NCBI GenBank assembly: GCA_051294375.1
Contig: CM119271.1
Span: 6,759,632-6,823,631, forward strand
Source of the DNA: Paraspadella gotoi
Taxonomy: Eukaryota > Animalia > Chaetognatha
Length of the DNA: 64,000 nt
Direction of reading: 5' to 3'
Of this stretch, positions 62,301 through 64,000 are shown piece after piece. Position numbers and translations under genes: made by a program. Below the pieces are notes generated by a model. That model ran no database searches and had not been told where the DNA came from. It was given only the letters and a program-made list of their open reading frames with translations. How positions within the stretch are numbered: position 1 is the stretch's first letter; each line of letters begins with the position of its first letter.

Positions 62301-64000
62301 TAATCGTCGCCGATGTTTCATCAACTTTAGAAAACATTACGTCATAGGGTGGTCCCGGTTTGTCCTCTCCCGTCAACGTCCTAATGGCGGGGCTCTTGGC
62401 ACCAACTCCCATTCGCGTGTAAGCGGCGACGGAGATTTCGTATTCAACAAAAATCAACAAAGACGAAAGGCGAGCCGATCTGGACTGTTCACCAACGACA
62501 TCTTTCTCCCCAACGTTTTCCCCGTTTGATGAAGAATATAAAATTTTAAATCCCTGCAATTGACCGTTTTTAGAATCAGGGGGTAGTTCTCCCCAATCAA
62601 CGAGGATGGCCGAGGCGACTAATGGGTCGTTCACGGCCGTAACATTGACGGGGCCTTCACTTGGAACGTCCTCCATGGTTCTCTCTTGCCCGGAGTCAAC
62701 AAAATCGGAGGAGCCGAAGTCATTGAAAGCCGCCATTGCCACATAATAAATTGTCCATTTATGAAGAGGTTTTAAAACGACGGTGTTCAAATTAGGATCC
62801 GCCAATTGTTTCGTTTCTACAACTCGATTCTTGGAATTTTCATAGCGCACTTTATAACCCTTTGGATTGCCGTTCCAGGCTTGGGCAGGAAGAGGAGTCC
62901 ACGAGACACGAATAGCGGTAGCGTTTATCGCGCGGAGAATGACATTCTCGGGAGACCCAGATGGCGGAGCCTGCTCGGTGCGAAACGAACGACTAGCCCC
63001 GGAGGGAGCGCTTCGGCCAACAACATTTATCTTAACAATTCTCAGCGAATATCTGGTATATGGCCGAAGGTTTGGCACGATAATCCTGTCCGCAATCTTC
63101 ACGTCTGATGTCGAAAAAATCGTTTGCCACGAGAGGCTCTCGTCGACGAGCCCCTCGACAATCCATTCGGAGATTGTCGTTTTGCCATTTGAACCCGGTT
63201 CGAACTCCAGCTTGACTGATGTAGCTGTAATTTCGCTGACCGCAAGAGAAGTAACAGGTTGCGGTAGTTCCGGTGGTTCTCCAGAAGTAACGGAAGAGGT
63301 GCGTCGAGGTCCCTCTCCGACAGAAGTGGTCGCCGTTACGGAGATGGAGTAACGAGTTTCAGGCTGGAGTCCGGTTATGATTAATTGGAGACGTTCCGGC
63401 GGAAGAATGACCCTCTCCTCCAACCGACTCGAGTATATCGAGTGGTAAACTGTGTAATTTATGATGACGCCGTTGGGAGAAATCGGATGTTCCCAGGCAA
63501 CCGTGATAGACGAGTCCAATACTTTGGGAAAATTGAGATTGTTAATGACGTCGGGTAAATCCTCGTCGGTAACGATGGCGACAAAGGGCGACATCACGCC
63601 ATCCCCGGCCGAGGTGAAGCAGGTTACCGAAACGTTGTACGCCGTAAATTTGGATAAGTTTGAAATGTAGCCTTCGTGACGGGAGTCGTCATTTTTCGTA
63701 TTCGGTAGGACGACGATCTCCTTGGCCAACACGCCAATATTTCCAAAGCCACGACAGTGAATTGGGCAAGAGGCGGTCACACCTTCGCCGCGATAAGCGC
63801 GGACCTTGTAACCCTGGTTGATGCCGTTGATGGTGTGTCGAGGGGGCGGGATCCAGGAAACTAGCAAAGAAGTAGAGTTGACCACGACAATAGAGACGGA
63901 CGATGGCGGTTGAGTAGGAGTGCCTTCGAGAGTACGAACAATCAAGGTGGGTGAATATACGCCCACTCCTTTGTCGTTAAAGGCGGCAACGCGGACGTCG
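58438..64000 (-). CDS. sdk: Sidekick-family Ig/FN3 cell adhesion molecule, 5'-partial. Exons: >64000-~60489, 60421-60243, 60037-59851, 59754-59654, 59586-59418, 59330-58438
   Basis: 11 complete FN3 repeats plus the end of another, with Sdk-type motifs (PELP..S..V.L.FEPGSNGKTTISEWIVEG; GPQPGSPGP). A TM exon encodes WWSEGWFKVVMAVCGFIILAILVATLVIVG. The cytoplasmic tail has PPLPSPAANYSEED and the C-terminus GSRAPLPGFSSFV, the Sdk PDZ-binding tail. GT-AG junctions match in phase; only the donor at ~60489 is uncertain. Confidence 0.95.
60489..64000 (-). CDS. sdk: Sidekick large ectodomain exon (end of FN3-2 to FN3-13)
   Basis: ORF 60346..63966; the frame stays open to the window edge (DVRVAAFNDKGVG...); tandem FN3 signatures W..P...NG...GY and L.P.T.Y...V.A.N..G.G. 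Confidence 0.93.

Noticed and set aside
1-64000. CRISPR array or other prokaryotic defence system
   Set aside because: No regularly spaced repeat-spacer array; the genes are intron-containing animal genes.

Overview
AT-rich genomic DNA from an invertebrate animal (spliceosomal introns; Sidekick and TARP genes), with four N gaps and indel-rich, raw-read-quality stretches. The right end holds two minus-strand neural genes: the 3' part of Sidekick (end of FN3-2 through FN3-13, TM segment, tail ending GFSSFV) and a two-exon CACNG/TARP (stargazin-like) gene. The centre (43.7 kb to 17.7 kb, minus strand) is probably one very large multi-exon gene of about 3,300 aa that I do not recognise. It has an RS/SP-rich N-terminus, a CCHC zinc knuckle, a cluster of SUMO motifs and roughly 15-17 divergent alpha-beta-beta-beta-alpha (dsRBD-like) repeats. 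Positions 1-7.4 kb and 13.6-15.4 kb are noisy extra copies of that gene's 3' end and flank, probably uncollapsed haplotypes. Positions 7.7-11.65 kb read, across many frameshifts, as a Polinton/Maverick (adintovirus-like) morphogenesis module: ATPase end, protease, minor capsid, major capsid. Introns and intergenic DNA are packed with nested mobile elements: Penelope-like retroelements whose inverted pLTRs carry minimal hammerhead ribozymes, two DINE-1-like Helentron (HINE) families, an 8-bp-TSD hAT-type MITE in two copies, a TA-flanked Tc1/mariner-type MITE, foldback elements and tRNA-derived SINEs. All family calls come from reading motifs by eye; no database search was run.
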